From: an uncultured Gemmatimonadaceae bacterium
GTDB lineage: Bacteria; Gemmatimonadota; Gemmatimonadetes; Gemmatimonadales; Gemmatimonadaceae
Direction of reading: 5' to 3'
Length of the DNA: 64,000 nucleotides
Assembly (NCBI GenBank): GCA_963761305.1
Contig: CAVXGK010000001.1
Span: 1,376,001-1,440,000, forward strand
Part shown: positions 29,425 to 39,344 of the stretch, one piece after another
Numbering within the stretch: the stretch's first letter is position 1
Layout: each line of letters opens with the position of its first letter
Program-made: the position numbers and the translations under genes
Notes under the pieces: model-generated
Told to the model about the DNA's origin: nothing
The model's input: the letters and a program-made list of their open reading frames with translations, nothing else
Database searches by the model: none

Positions 29425-30357
29425 ATGGTCCCGGCGAACATCTGGTTCTGGGGCGGGTTCATCGCGTTCGTGCTGGCGATGCTCGCGCTCGACCTCGGCG
29501 TCTTTCATCGACGGCCGCACGTGGTCGGGATGAAAGAAGCGGGCATCTGGACCGCGATCTGGGTCGCGCTCGCGCTGACCTTTGCGGCCGGACTGTACTT
29601 CGTCGTCAGTCGCCACGCCGCGCTCACGTTTCTCGCCGGATACGTGATCGAAGAGGCGCTGAGCGCCGACAACATCTTCGTGATGGTGCTGATCTTCGAG
29701 TACTTCCGAGTTCCGAAGAGCTCGCAGCACCGCGTCTTGTTCTACGGCATCCTCGGCGCGCTGGTGATGCGCGGCGCGTTCATCGCGGCCGGGTCCGCGC
29801 TGATCACGAGGTTCCACTGGATTCTGTACATCTTCGGCGGCTTGCTCGTGGTGACGGGCGTCCGCATGGCGATGCGCCGCGGCGACGAATTCGACGGCGA
29901 GAACAGCCGGATCGTGCGCACCGTGCGTCGCGTGCTGCCGCTCACGCCTCGCTACCACGACGCGAGCTTCACGGTGACCGAAGCGGGGCGCCGCCTGGCG
30001 ACGCCGCTCCTCCTCGTGCTCATCCTCGTCGAGCTGACGGACCTCGTCTTCGCGGTCGACTCGATTCCGGCGATCTTCGGCGTGACGAGGGATCCGTTCA
30101 TCGTCTACACGTCGAACATCTTCGCGGTGATGGGGCTGCGGTCGCTCTACTTCCTGCTCGCCGCCGTCGTCGACCGCTTCCACCTGCTGAAATACGGCCT
30201 GGCCGTCATCCTCTCGTTCGTGGGATTCAAGATGTTGGCCGAAGGCTGGGTGGAGATCGACATCGCGCTGTCGCTCGGGATCATCGTTTCCGTGCTCGCC
30301 ATCTCGGTCATCGCGTCGCTCGTCTGGACTCCGGACCGGCCGCGCGCGCCGCGCTGA
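29425..30357 (+). CDS. TerC/Alx family membrane protein
   Basis: EEALSADNIFV, QHRVLFYGILGALVMRG, DLVFAVDSIPAIF, TSNIFAVMGLRSLYF. Confidence 0.93.
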   Translation: MVPANIWFWGGFIAFVLAMLALDLGVFHRRPHVVGMKEAGIWTAIWVALALTFAAGLYFVVSRHAALTFLAGYVIEEALSADNIFVMVLIFEYFRVPKSSQHRVLFYGILGALVMRGAFIAAGSALITRFHWILYIFGGLLVVTGVRMAMRRGDEFDGENSRIVRTVRRVLPLTPRYHDASFTVTEAGRRLATPLLLVLILVELTDLVFAVDSIPAIFGVTRDPFIVYTSNIFAVMGLRSLYFLLAAVVDRFHLLKYGLAVILSFVGFKMLAEGWVEIDIALSLGIIVSVLAISVIASLVWTPDRPRAPR

Positions 30358-30366
30358 CCGCGCTGG

Positions 30367-30696
30367 TCAGCCGCCGGAACGTCGCTCGATCGCGTCGCGC
30401 ACGTCGAGCAGAATCTCGAAGTACAGCTGTTCGCGGCGATAGCTGAAGTCGAGCGCCGCCATCTGCGAGTCGTCGCCGCCGGACTTGGCTCGATCGAACG
30501 CCTCTTTGTACATCTCGTCGAGGTTGGCGAGAATGCGTTCGCGGGTACGTGACATACCGATCTTCTCGAGGGCTTGAAGAGTCAAACGGGGAGGTGAGTC
30601 GTCGGCCCGCTGCTTCGGATCGCCTTCGATCTGCTCGAGCAAGTACCGGCGTGCCCGATCCATGAGCATGCGCCGAGTGCTGGGAAGGTTGTCCAT
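30367..30696 (-). CDS. Small helical hypothetical protein
   Basis: 109-aa ATG ORF with protein-like composition filling the gap between terC and the ferredoxin gene. Confidence 0.6.
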   Translation of the reverse strand: MDNLPSTRRMLMDRARRYLLEQIEGDPKQRADDSPPRLTLQALEKIGMSRTRERILANLDEMYKEAFDRAKSGGDDSQMAALDFSYRREQLYFEILLDVRDAIERRSGG

Positions 30697-30768
30697 TGAG
30701 GCGGGGACTGAATCCTGGGCCGCGAGCGAGGCAAGCTAGTGTCGCGGTCCCGGCGCTGCAACGCCGCC

Positions 30769-31107
30769 TCAAGGCGAGAGACGGTGGAACACGGCATCCT
30801 CGACCACGCGACCGTCGCGCAGATGCTCGACCACGATGCGCTCGAGCAGTTGCGGCGTCACGCCGGCGTACCAGACGCCTTCCGGATAGACGACGACGAT
30901 TGGGCCGCCGGTGCACACACCCAGACAGGGCGTCTCTCCTCGCTTGACCCGATTTGGACCGAATAGCAGTCCCTCGCGTTGGAGGAGCGCCGGCAATAGC
31001 TCGTAGAGGCCCCGGCCCCGCGCATCCGGATTACAGAATCCGCCCACGCAGATGAGCACGTGTCGCGAATACGGGTCCATCCTCGGAAGCGACGCCTTCG
31101 TGGCCAT
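30769..31107 (-). CDS. Thioredoxin-like [2Fe-2S] ferredoxin
   Basis: HVLICVGGFC...CLGVCTGGPIVVVYPEGVWY...IVVEHL..G. Start is 31107 or 31080. Confidence 0.88.
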   Translation of the reverse strand: MATKASLPRMDPYSRHVLICVGGFCNPDARGRGLYELLPALLQREGLLFGPNRVKRGETPCLGVCTGGPIVVVYPEGVWYAGVTPQLLERIVVEHLRDGRVVEDAVFHRLSP

Positions 31108-31144
31108 GTCACTGAAGGTACAGCGCAGTAAGTTTCCGGCCCGG

Positions 31145-31930
31145 ATGCCCGACTCCACCCGCATCGCCGACCTTTCAGTCCTCTACTCACGGCCGCCGCA
31201 TGCGCACCGGCGGGCCGTGTTGTTCATCCACGGCTATTTCGCCAACGCGTCGGTGTTCTCGGAGTGGGTCCCGTTTTTCGCCGCCCGCGGGATGCCGGCA
31301 TACGCCGTCAACCTCCGCGGCCGCGACGACAGCCGGCCGGACGTCGACCTTGGCCGCACGTCGATCACGGACTTCGTCGCCGACGCCGCCGCGGTGGCCC
31401 GGCACCTCGACAAGCCGATCGTCGTCGGGCACTCGATGGGTGGGCTCATCGCGCAGTGCCTGGCCGAGCGCGGACTCGCCCAGGGGATCGCCCTGCTGGC
31501 GCCCGTGCCGCCGAAAGGCATCCGCTTCATGACGCTCAAGATGATGCTGAAGCAGTTGAAGTACCTGCCGGCGATCTACGGATCCGGCGTCGTCGCTCCC
31601 ACGCTCGACGATCTCAAGGAAATCGTGCTGAACCACGTCCCCGAAACGCAGTGGGAAGAAGTCCTCGCGATGCTCGCGCCGGATAGCGGACGGGCCGCGA
31701 AGGAGATGTCGATCAACGGCGTTCCGGTGGACCACCGGCGAGTGCGGGTGCCGGCCCTCGTCGTCGCGGCCGACGACGACCGATTCATTCCAATCGACAG
31801 CTCTCGGCGGGTCGCCGCGTTGTATCACGCGTCGATGCACACGGTGCTCGGTCACGGCCACATGATGATCATCGAGCCCGGATGGCAGGCGATCGCCGAG
31901 ACGATCGCGCGCTGGTCCGCATCGCTCTGA
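31145..31930 (+). CDS. Alpha/beta-fold hydrolase
   Basis: FIHG, NLRGR, GHSMGG, DDRFIP, HGHM. Confidence 0.88.
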   Translation: MPDSTRIADLSVLYSRPPHAHRRAVLFIHGYFANASVFSEWVPFFAARGMPAYAVNLRGRDDSRPDVDLGRTSITDFVADAAAVARHLDKPIVVGHSMGGLIAQCLAERGLAQGIALLAPVPPKGIRFMTLKMMLKQLKYLPAIYGSGVVAPTLDDLKEIVLNHVPETQWEEVLAMLAPDSGRAAKEMSINGVPVDHRRVRVPALVVAADDDRFIPIDSSRRVAALYHASMHTVLGHGHMMIIEPGWQAIAETIARWSASL

Positions 31931-32045
31931 CGCCCGGGCGAGCGGCCGGACGCCCGGGGGATATGTTTCGCAAACGGCCACGCCTCCCGACGACGCTCCG
32001 CCGTCGACACGCGCGGGAACGCCCGAATGGCCGCAAGGAGAACGT

Positions 32046-32933
32046 ATGAGCACCGCGACAGGCACGTCCGACACCTCGATCGCCACCAAAGGCTACGTCC
32101 ACGCCGACGCCCTGGTCAGCACCGAGTGGCTCGCCGAGCATCTCGATGATCCCGCTGTTCGCATCGTCGAGAGCGACGAGGATGTGCTCCTCTACGACAC
32201 CGGACACATCCCGGGGGCCGTGAAGGTCGATTGGCACGCCGACCTGAATGACGCGCTCGTACGCGATTACATCTCGGCGCCGCAGTTCGAGGAGCTGCTG
32301 CGGTCGCACGGCATCGATCACTCGACGACGGTCATCTTTTACGGCGACAAGAACAACTGGTGGGCGGCGTACGCGCTGTGGGTCTTCCACCTCTTCGGCT
32401 TCACCAACACAAAGATTCTCGACGGCGGCCGCGTGAAGTGGGAGAAGGAAGGCCGCCCCATGACGACCGACGCGCCGAAACCGCGTCCGCGCTCGGCGTT
32501 CAAGGCCGGCCGCCGCGACGACGGACCGATCCGCGCGTTCATGAACGACGTTCGAACGCACCTCGGCACCGCGGGCAAACTCGTCGACGTTCGCTCGCCG
32601 GACGAGTACACTGGCAAGAAGCTGCACATGGCCGAGTACCCGCAGGAGGGCGCGCTGCGCGGTGGACACATCCCGGGGGCGAAGAGCGTTCCCTGGGCGA
32701 GAGCCGCCAACGCCGACGGCACGTTCAAATCAGCCGCCGAGCTGCGCGCGATCTATCAGGACGAACAGGGGCTTTCGCCGAGCGACGACGTGATCGCGTA
32801 TTGCCGCATCGGCGAACGCTCCAGCCACACGTGGTTCGTTCTCCGTTATCTGCTCGGCTACGAGAAGGTCAGAAACTACGACGGCAGCTGGACCGAGTGG
32901 GGCAACGCCGTCGGCGCGCCCATCGAACGATAA
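32046..32933 (+). CDS. Tandem-domain sulfurtransferase (rhodanese)
   Basis: Two GHIPGA repeats, active loop [25 protein letters not shown]. Confidence 0.95.
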   Translation: MSTATGTSDTSIATKGYVHADALVSTEWLAEHLDDPAVRIVESDEDVLLYDTGHIPGAVKVDWHADLNDALVRDYISAPQFEELLRSHGIDHSTTVIFYGDKNNWWAAYALWVFHLFGFTNTKILDGGRVKWEKEGRPMTTDAPKPRPRSAFKAGRRDDGPIRAFMNDVRTHLGTAGKLVDVRSPDEYTGKKLHMAEYPQEGALRGGHIPGAKSVPWARAANADGTFKSAAELRAIYQDEQGLSPSDDVIAYCRIGERSSHTWFVLRYLLGYEKVRNYDGSWTEWGNAVGAPIER

Positions 32934-32947
32934 GGATTCTCGAACGC

Positions 32948-33478
32948 ATGTCCTCCGAGCCAACGCGCACGGGCGCCGCCCCCTCGTCGATCGGCGACCT
33001 GCCGACGACGACCGGTTCGACCGCACCGGTGATCACGCGCAGCGAAGCGACCTGGCGGGGCGATCGCTCGTTCGAAGCCGGACCGGCCGGGCGGACGCAC
33101 ATCATCGACGGCGCCGCCAAGCTCGCGCCCGGGCCCGTCGAGACGCTGCTCAACGCGATCGCCACGTGTTCCAGCCTCGACGTCATCGACATCATCGCCA
33201 AACGACGAACGCCGGTCGAGAAGCTCTCGGTGAAGATCACGGCGCATCGACGCCCGGACTATCCGCGGCGCGTGATGCGCCTCGAGATGGACTTCGTCAT
33301 CGACGGCGCGAACATCGAACCGGACCACGCCGAGCGGGCGATCCATCTCTCGTTCGAGCGCTACTGCTCGGTGGCGGGGTCGCTCGGAGCGGACATCGTC
33401 GCTGAAACGCGCCTCACCCTGAACGGAGTGAGCCACGATCCGGTGCAACACCACGTCTGGAGTCCGGCGCAGGCGTAG
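32948..33478 (+). CDS. OsmC family protein
   Basis: GPVETLLNAIATC...RYCSV Cys pair. ATG 32948 lies within ORF 32360..33478. Confidence 0.85.
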   Translation: MSSEPTRTGAAPSSIGDLPTTTGSTAPVITRSEATWRGDRSFEAGPAGRTHIIDGAAKLAPGPVETLLNAIATCSSLDVIDIIAKRRTPVEKLSVKITAHRRPDYPRRVMRLEMDFVIDGANIEPDHAERAIHLSFERYCSVAGSLGADIVAETRLTLNGVSHDPVQHHVWSPAQA

Positions 33479-33502
33479 AGTCGCCGCGCCGGTGCCTGCC
33501 CG

Positions 33503-34117
33503 TCAGGCGATTCGGCGCTGATCGACCGCGGCCGGCATGCACGACGCAAAGCCGGCGTCGTGCGCGTACGTCATGAGCTGCTCCTGCATCAGGCGGCGGC
33601 CGCGGAAGAGCCGCGATCGAACCGTCCCGATCGGCACGCGGAGGATCTCCGCAGCGGCCTCGTACGACTGATCCTCTACGTCCACGAGCACGAGCGTCGA
33701 GCGGAACGGCTCGGGCACGTTCTTGAGCGCGTCGTCGATCGCCGGCCCCAGGTCGACTCGCGAAAAGATGCTCTCGACGTTGTCGCGAGCGCCTTCGTTG
33801 TAGAACGACCCGACCAGGGCCAGGTCGATCTCGCTGGACTCGATCTCGACCATCGGGCGCGCACGCTCGCGCGACCGGAGAAACACGTTTCGGCAGATCG
33901 TAAAGAGCCAGCGTCTGCAATCGCTGCCGGGCAGATAGGTATGCCAGGACCGGAACGCGCGCAGGAACGTGTCCTGAACGACGTCGTCGGCATCGGACTC
34001 ATCGCGCGTCAGGGAGAGCGCGAATCGATAGACATCGTCGATCCACGGAATCGCTTCCCGTTCAAACGTGACGGTCGGTTCCACAGAAACTCGCTGAGTG
34101 TATGGCACGCTAGTCAT
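33503..34117 (-). CDS. ECF sigma-70 factor
   Basis: Region 2 DADDVVQDTFLRA...WLFTICRN and region 4 YEAAAEIL.VPIGTVRSRLFRGR. Confidence 0.93.
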   Translation of the reverse strand: MTSVPYTQRVSVEPTVTFEREAIPWIDDVYRFALSLTRDESDADDVVQDTFLRAFRSWHTYLPGSDCRRWLFTICRNVFLRSRERARPMVEIESSEIDLALVGSFYNEGARDNVESIFSRVDLGPAIDDALKNVPEPFRSTLVLVDVEDQSYEAAAEILRVPIGTVRSRLFRGRRLMQEQLMTYAHDAGFASCMPAAVDQRRIA

Positions 34118-34261
34118 CAGTTGACGTGTAAAGTATATGGCCCAGACACCGGGAGCGCGAGGTCCCCCCTACGGCGGGGTTCGATTTCCCTCTAACCCAC
34201 AAGGACCCCTGGAGTCACATTTGGTCGCCGAAGAGCCGGCTGCAAGCCACTTAACACAGCG

Positions 34262-35764
34262 TTGTCAGAGTTAAGCCAAGGAAACGATCGAATTGTGAAC
34301 GAGCTGGAGCACGTGAACACGGAAGCCGAGTCCAGGCTCGAATGGGCGTTGTCCCAGACCGGACTCGGCGTTTGCACGGTGACGACCGACGGTGAGCTCG
34401 TCTCGTCGAGCGAGGGCATCGCGCGAATGCTCGGCTATCCGGACGAGAGCGCGACGGTCGGGCTCAACATGCAGGACCGCGTCTACGCCGATCGCACCGA
34501 GCACGCGCGAGTCCTCGCGACCGCCGACGCAACTGTTCCCGAATGGATGGAGACGCGCTGGAAACGACGCGACGGCAGTCTCATCGTCGTGCGTCTCGCG
34601 GTTCGCCGCGCGATGGATTCGGGTGACGCCGAGCTGTTCGAGATCCTCGCCGACGACGTGACCGAACGACGCCGACAGGACGAGCTGGTGCGTCGCAGCG
34701 AACGGTTGGCGTCGCTCGGCGCGGTGCTCGCCGGCGCGGCGCACGAGCTGAACAACCCGCTCGCCGCGATCATGGGCTTCTCACAGTTGCTGCTCAGGCG
34801 GCGATGGCCGCCCGAGGACCGCAGCGCCCTCGAGGCGATTCATCAGGAAGCCCTGCGCTCGGCGACGATCGTGAAGGATTTGCTCGCCCTCGCTCGACGC
34901 CGCGGCGTCGAGCGACGGGCGCCGGCGGACATGAATGAGTTGGTCACCTACATCGCGCGGATGCGGCGCTACGCCCTCGAGACGGCCGGCATCGAGTGCG
35001 AGCTCGAACTGGCGCGCAAGCTTCCACCCGTGCGCGGCGACCGCACGCAGTTGGAACAGGTGATATTGAATTTGCTCAACAACGCCGAGCAGGCGCTCCG
35101 GCCGCGAGTCGATGCGCAGCGCGCGAGGTCGCTCGGACGGATCGTGATCCGCACGCGGCTCGAGGGGCCGGAGATCGTCGTCGAGGTGGAGGACAACGGG
35201 CCGGGAGTTCCCGACGAAGCGCGCTCCGACATCTGGGACCCGTTCTGGACGACCAAGGACGAGGGTGAGGGCACCGGCCTCGGACTGACCGTCGTGCACA
35301 CGATCGTCGTCGATCACGGCGGTTCGGTGTCGCTCGATCGGGGAACGCTCGGGGGCGCGCGTTTCATCGTCCGCCTGCCGACGGTGGCGTCGAGCGAGCA
35401 CGCGGATCCTCCAGCACGCGCGCCGCGACCGCTCGACGTCCTCGTGGTCGATCCGCGCGCCGCCGACCTGCCGTTCGTCGAGCGCTTTCTCGCGTCCCGA
35501 GGCCACGCGGTGATCAACGCGGCCAGCGCCGAGGCGGCGTTGCGTCTCGCGGCGCAGAGCACCTTCGACGCCGTCGTCTGCGACGCCGAGCTGACGATTG
35601 CGGGCGGCGTGCCGATCGCCGACGTGTTGCGAGCGGCGCCGGGGTGCGCACACGCGCGCTTCGTCGTGTCGACGGAGAAATGTCCGCCGGCCGTCGACGA
35701 CGGAGTGACCTACGTCGTGCGCCCGTATGACGTCGAGGAGCTGCGGCGACTCATCGAAGGATGA
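34262..35764 (+). CDS. Cytoplasmic PAS hybrid histidine kinase with atypical C-terminal receiver
   Basis: PAS (WKRRDG), AHELNNPL, QVILNLLNNA, DNGPG, FWTTK..G.GTGLGL, receiver-like tail. Start is TTG 34262 or GTG 34295. Confidence 0.88.
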   Translation: MSELSQGNDRIVNELEHVNTEAESRLEWALSQTGLGVCTVTTDGELVSSSEGIARMLGYPDESATVGLNMQDRVYADRTEHARVLATADATVPEWMETRWKRRDGSLIVVRLAVRRAMDSGDAELFEILADDVTERRRQDELVRRSERLASLGAVLAGAAHELNNPLAAIMGFSQLLLRRRWPPEDRSALEAIHQEALRSATIVKDLLALARRRGVERRAPADMNELVTYIARMRRYALETAGIECELELARKLPPVRGDRTQLEQVILNLLNNAEQALRPRVDAQRARSLGRIVIRTRLEGPEIVVEVEDNGPGVPDEARSDIWDPFWTTKDEGEGTGLGLTVVHTIVVDHGGSVSLDRGTLGGARFIVRLPTVASSEHADPPARAPRPLDVLVVDPRAADLPFVERFLASRGHAVINAASAEAALRLAAQSTFDAVVCDAELTIAGGVPIADVLRAAPGCAHARFVVSTEKCPPAVDDGVTYVVRPYDVEELRRLIEG

Positions 35765-35789
35765 TTGACCGGGTGGCCATCTTTGTCCG

Positions 35790-36755
35790 ATGTCCACCCA
35801 GGAACACGACGGCTCGCGCGGGCGAGTCATTGCCTCCTTTGCCGCGGTCTACGTCATCTGGGGCTCGACCTATCTCGCCATCCGCTACGCGGTCGAGAGT
35901 ATGCCGCCGCTGCTCATGGTCGGGAGCCGGTTTGCGTTGTCGGGCACGATCCTCTACGCCTGGTCGCGCGCGCGCGGCGCCGCGAAACCGACCGCCGCCG
36001 AGTGGCGGACCGCGTCGGTCACCGGGTTTCTTCTGATCTGCATCGGCAACGGATCGGTGGCCTGGGCCGAGCGACGCGTGCCGTCGGGATTGGCGGCGCT
36101 GCTCGTGGCCGTCGTCCCGCTATGGATGGTGCTGCTCGACTGGATTCGTCCCGGCGGGATGCGGCCGCGCGCACCGGTGGTCGCGGGCGTGATCGTCGGC
36201 CTGGTGGGTCTCGCAGTCCTCGTCGGTCGCGACTCCTTCTCGGGGGGAAATGGCGGCGTCGATGCGCTCGGCGCGGGCGTGCTCGTGGCCGCGTCGATGG
36301 GCTGGGCGATCGGTTCGGTCTACAACCGACACGGCGCCCGACCCGAGTCCGCATCGATGTCGACGGCACTGCAGATGATCGCCGGAAGCGTCGCGCTGCT
36401 CGTGCTCGGATTCCTGCTCGGCGAGCCGCGCGAGCTCGACGTGTCGTCGATCAGTCTCGCGTCGTGGCTCGGGTGGATCTATCTGGTCACGTTCGGCGCG
36501 CTGATCGGATTCACCGCATACATCTATCTGCTCAACCACGTGAGTCCGGCGAAGGCGGCGACGTACGCGTACGTGAATCCGATCGTCGCCGTCCTGCTCG
36601 GGTGGGCGGTGGCCGGCGAACCGGTGACGCCGCGAACGATGGTGGCGGCGGCCATCATTCTCGGCGGCGTCGCGATGATCACGATCGCCCGCGGGCGGCG
36701 CGTCACGAGCGCTGCGCGATCGCCGTCTGTTGGCGCGGGTCGGTTTGGCGCTTGA
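35790..36755 (+). CDS. EamA/DMT family exporter (YedA-like)
   Basis: VYVIWGSTYLAIR, TYAYVNPIVAV, about 10 TM segments. Confidence 0.92.
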   Translation: MSTQEHDGSRGRVIASFAAVYVIWGSTYLAIRYAVESMPPLLMVGSRFALSGTILYAWSRARGAAKPTAAEWRTASVTGFLLICIGNGSVAWAERRVPSGLAALLVAVVPLWMVLLDWIRPGGMRPRAPVVAGVIVGLVGLAVLVGRDSFSGGNGGVDALGAGVLVAASMGWAIGSVYNRHGARPESASMSTALQMIAGSVALLVLGFLLGEPRELDVSSISLASWLGWIYLVTFGALIGFTAYIYLLNHVSPAKAATYAYVNPIVAVLLGWAVAGEPVTPRTMVAAAIILGGVAMITIARGRRVTSAARSPSVGAGRFGA

Positions 36756-37620
36756 TGACGCGGACGGCCATCAGGCTCCGGTCGGCGCGATCGATGAGTT
36801 GCATGAGCGATTCTCCGCTCTCGCGCGCCGCCCAGCCGAGTGAAAACGGAACCGGGGCGCGCTCGAGCGCCTCGATGCGCAGGCGATCGGCGACGAGTTT
36901 GGTCGCTTCGGCGTCGCGGTCGCGCAGCACGACGACGAATTCGTCGCCGCCGAAGCGCACCACGACCTCCTCGGCGCGCACGTAGCGCATGAGGAAGCGC
37001 GCCATTCGGCGAAGGACTTCGTCGCCTTCCTGATGTCCCCACTGGTCGTTGTACAGCTTGAAGTGGTCGACGTCGACGAAGATGCAGCCGCAGCGTGCGG
37101 TGGGGTCGCGACCGAGCTCGGTTTCGATCCCGGCGAGACAGCGGCGGTTGAGCGCTCCGGTGAGCGCGTCGTGCGTGCTCATCTCGAGCAGCGACGCCTC
37201 GAGGGCCTTGCGTGCCGTGATGTCGATGAGGATTCCGTGAATGAACGCGTCGCCCGTTTCCGGGTCGCGCACGAGGTTGCAGCTGTCGAGCACGGTGAGC
37301 GTTTGCCCGTCGGGCCGCCGCAACGTGATCTCGAACTCGCGCACCGAACCGTCGGCCTCCAGCATCCGAAGTTGCTCCTGTCGGCGCTCGGGTTCGATGT
37401 ACATCGACACCGCGGCGGCGTGTCCCAACTCGGCGATCGACGACACCCCGGCGATCTCGAGGAACGCCCGGTTGGCATCGAGCACCTCGCCGTCGCGCGT
37501 GGTGATGTAGATGCCTTCGCGGATGTTCTTCGCGAACTCGCGCAGGCTCTCGGGGTCGCTCAAGCTGCGAAAGCGAGTAGAACCCGCGGTCTCGGAAGGA
37601 GCCGGTGCTGTCTGGTTCAT
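36703..37620 (-). CDS. PAS-GGDEF diguanylate cyclase
   Basis: PAS domain, DALTGALNR, DVDHFK..ND..GH..GD, RFGGDEF. Confidence 0.92.
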   Translation of the reverse strand: MNQTAPAPSETAGSTRFRSLSDPESLREFAKNIREGIYITTRDGEVLDANRAFLEIAGVSSIAELGHAAAVSMYIEPERRQEQLRMLEADGSVREFEITLRRPDGQTLTVLDSCNLVRDPETGDAFIHGILIDITARKALEASLLEMSTHDALTGALNRRCLAGIETELGRDPTARCGCIFVDVDHFKLYNDQWGHQEGDEVLRRMARFLMRYVRAEEVVVRFGGDEFVVVLRDRDAEATKLVADRLRIEALERAPVPFSLGWAARESGESLMQLIDRADRSLMAVRVIKRQTDPRQQTAIAQRS

Positions 37621-37741
37621 TTCGACGATTCGGCCGCTGAGAATCCTCGGTCGGCCGGGAGGAGGGGACGACTGTTCCCAACACGGACGACTTACGCGCG
37701 CAGGACGCAATCGGCCCTACGGTTGTCCGGCTGAGTTCGAT

Positions 37742-38959
37742 TCAATCTATCAGCCGGGCCGGCAGAATGCCCCGGTCGCCGAACTTGGCGCGTACCCGAT
37801 CCACCGTGCGCGCGAGCACGCGGTCGCGATCGGTCTCGGCAATGCGCTCGTCGCCCAACTCGAACAGCGTCATCTGATCGGCGGTGGAATCCGTGGCCAG
37901 GGACGAGAGAGCGACGCCGATCAACCGCGCCGGCACGCGCCGTTTGTCGCGCAGCTTGGCGAGCAGCTGACGCCCCACCTCGAGGATCACGCGATCGGAG
38001 ATGACCGGCGCGTCGAGTGTGCGGCTCGCCGACCGCGTCTTGAAATCGAAGTCCCGCAGCCGCACGGTGATCGTGCGGGCGGTGAGCCCGTCGGCGCGCA
38101 GATCCGACGCGGCGCGCGTGGTGAGCGCGAGCAGCTCGCGCTCGAGCTCATCGTCGCTCGCGATGTCGGCGGCGAACGTCTCGTCCCTGCTGATGCTCTT
38201 GGCATCGCCGTGCGATTCCACTTCGCGCGCGTCCATTCCGCGCACTCGCGCATGCAACCACTCGCCCTCGCGCGCGCCGAGCCACTGCGAGAGCGTGGCG
38301 ACGTCGTATGGCAGCACATCGGTCACGCGTCGCATTCCCAGTTTCGCCAAGCGCTCCTGAAAGCGCGGACCGATCAGCGGAATGTCAGACAGGTCGAACG
38401 TGTTCAGGAACGGTTGTTCTTCGCCCGGTTCGACGATGTGGACGCCGGTCGCACCGGTCCCCGGCTTCGGTTTCGCGCGCTCGACGGCAAGTTTTGCGAC
38501 GAGCTTCGACGTTCCGCCGCCGAAGGACACAGAGAGCGTCGTCGCGGCGGTGACAGCCTCGCGAATCCGTCGCGCCGTCGCGGCGAGCGGCTCGTGCCCG
38601 TACACGCCTTCGGTGCCTCCCATGTCCAGGTACCACTCGTCGATGCTCGCGCCTTCGACGACGGGCGAGAATTTCTCGAGCACGTCGCGGATCTCGCGGC
38701 TCTTTTCGGAGCAAACGCGCCGCGGAATCGGCACGCACATCGCCTGCGGACACAGTCGCAGCGCCCGGGCGATGGGCATCGCCGAGCGGACGCCGAACCT
38801 TCTCGCCTCGTACGACGCCGAGCAGACGACGCCGCGGCTCTCGCGCGTGCCGCCGACGATGAGATACTTGGCCAGGCCGGCGCCGCTTGGATCCACCATC
38901 CGTGCGACGGCCACGTAGAACGCGTCGGCGTCGGCGAGAAGGATACGGCGCGCGGTCAT
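37742..38959 (-). CDS. dinB: DNA polymerase IV
   Basis: DADAFYVAV, SYEARRFGVRSAMP, SIDEWYLD, AKLA..RAKP, little-finger KSISRDETF. ATG 38959. Confidence 0.93.
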   Translation of the reverse strand: MTARRILLADADAFYVAVARMVDPSGAGLAKYLIVGGTRESRGVVCSASYEARRFGVRSAMPIARALRLCPQAMCVPIPRRVCSEKSREIRDVLEKFSPVVEGASIDEWYLDMGGTEGVYGHEPLAATARRIREAVTAATTLSVSFGGGTSKLVAKLAVERAKPKPGTGATGVHIVEPGEEQPFLNTFDLSDIPLIGPRFQERLAKLGMRRVTDVLPYDVATLSQWLGAREGEWLHARVRGMDAREVESHGDAKSISRDETFAADIASDDELERELLALTTRAASDLRADGLTARTITVRLRDFDFKTRSASRTLDAPVISDRVILEVGRQLLAKLRDKRRVPARLIGVALSSLATDSTADQMTLFELGDERIAETDRDRVLARTVDRVRAKFGDRGILPARLID

Positions 38960-39219
38960 CGGATGTGGAGATCCTGTACGAAGTGCGAGCTTTCGTCGTA
39001 GCGCGTCACGCCGAGCGTGCGCGCCATGATCTCGCCGACGACACCGGCGACGTGATCGCGGTAATCGTCGGCGTCCATTCCATCGGTCGGTTCGGTGTTC
39101 TCGACGACAAAGTCGATCACCTCCCCGGGCGTCTGGAGTGACGTCTCGTCGGAATCGGCGGCGGCAACGCCGAACTCCTCGTCGATCGCCGCAAAGAATT
39201 CTTTGAGGGCCCAACTCAT
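38956..39219 (-). CDS. Small acidic protein resembling a circularly permuted acyl carrier protein
   Basis: MSWALKEFFAAIDEEFGV...QTPGEVIDFV...VGEIMARTLGV...ESSHFVQDL. ATGA overlap with dinB. Confidence 0.65.
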   Translation of the reverse strand: MSWALKEFFAAIDEEFGVAAADSDETSLQTPGEVIDFVVENTEPTDGMDADDYRDHVAGVVGEIMARTLGVTRYDESSHFVQDLHIR

Positions 39220-39344
39220 GTCGTCGGCGGCCCGTAGAAGAGCATCATCTCCAGTGAATGTCGTCGTCACCGGAATGCGGAGCAACGGGATCGTCACGTT
39301 CCGTCGCTTACCATGATCCCGCCTGCTTGTATATTGGGTTGAAC

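Noticed and set aside
34150..34200. tRNA-like GGTTCGATT T-loop sequence
   Set aside because: I could not build an acceptor stem, D-arm or anticodon arm around it.
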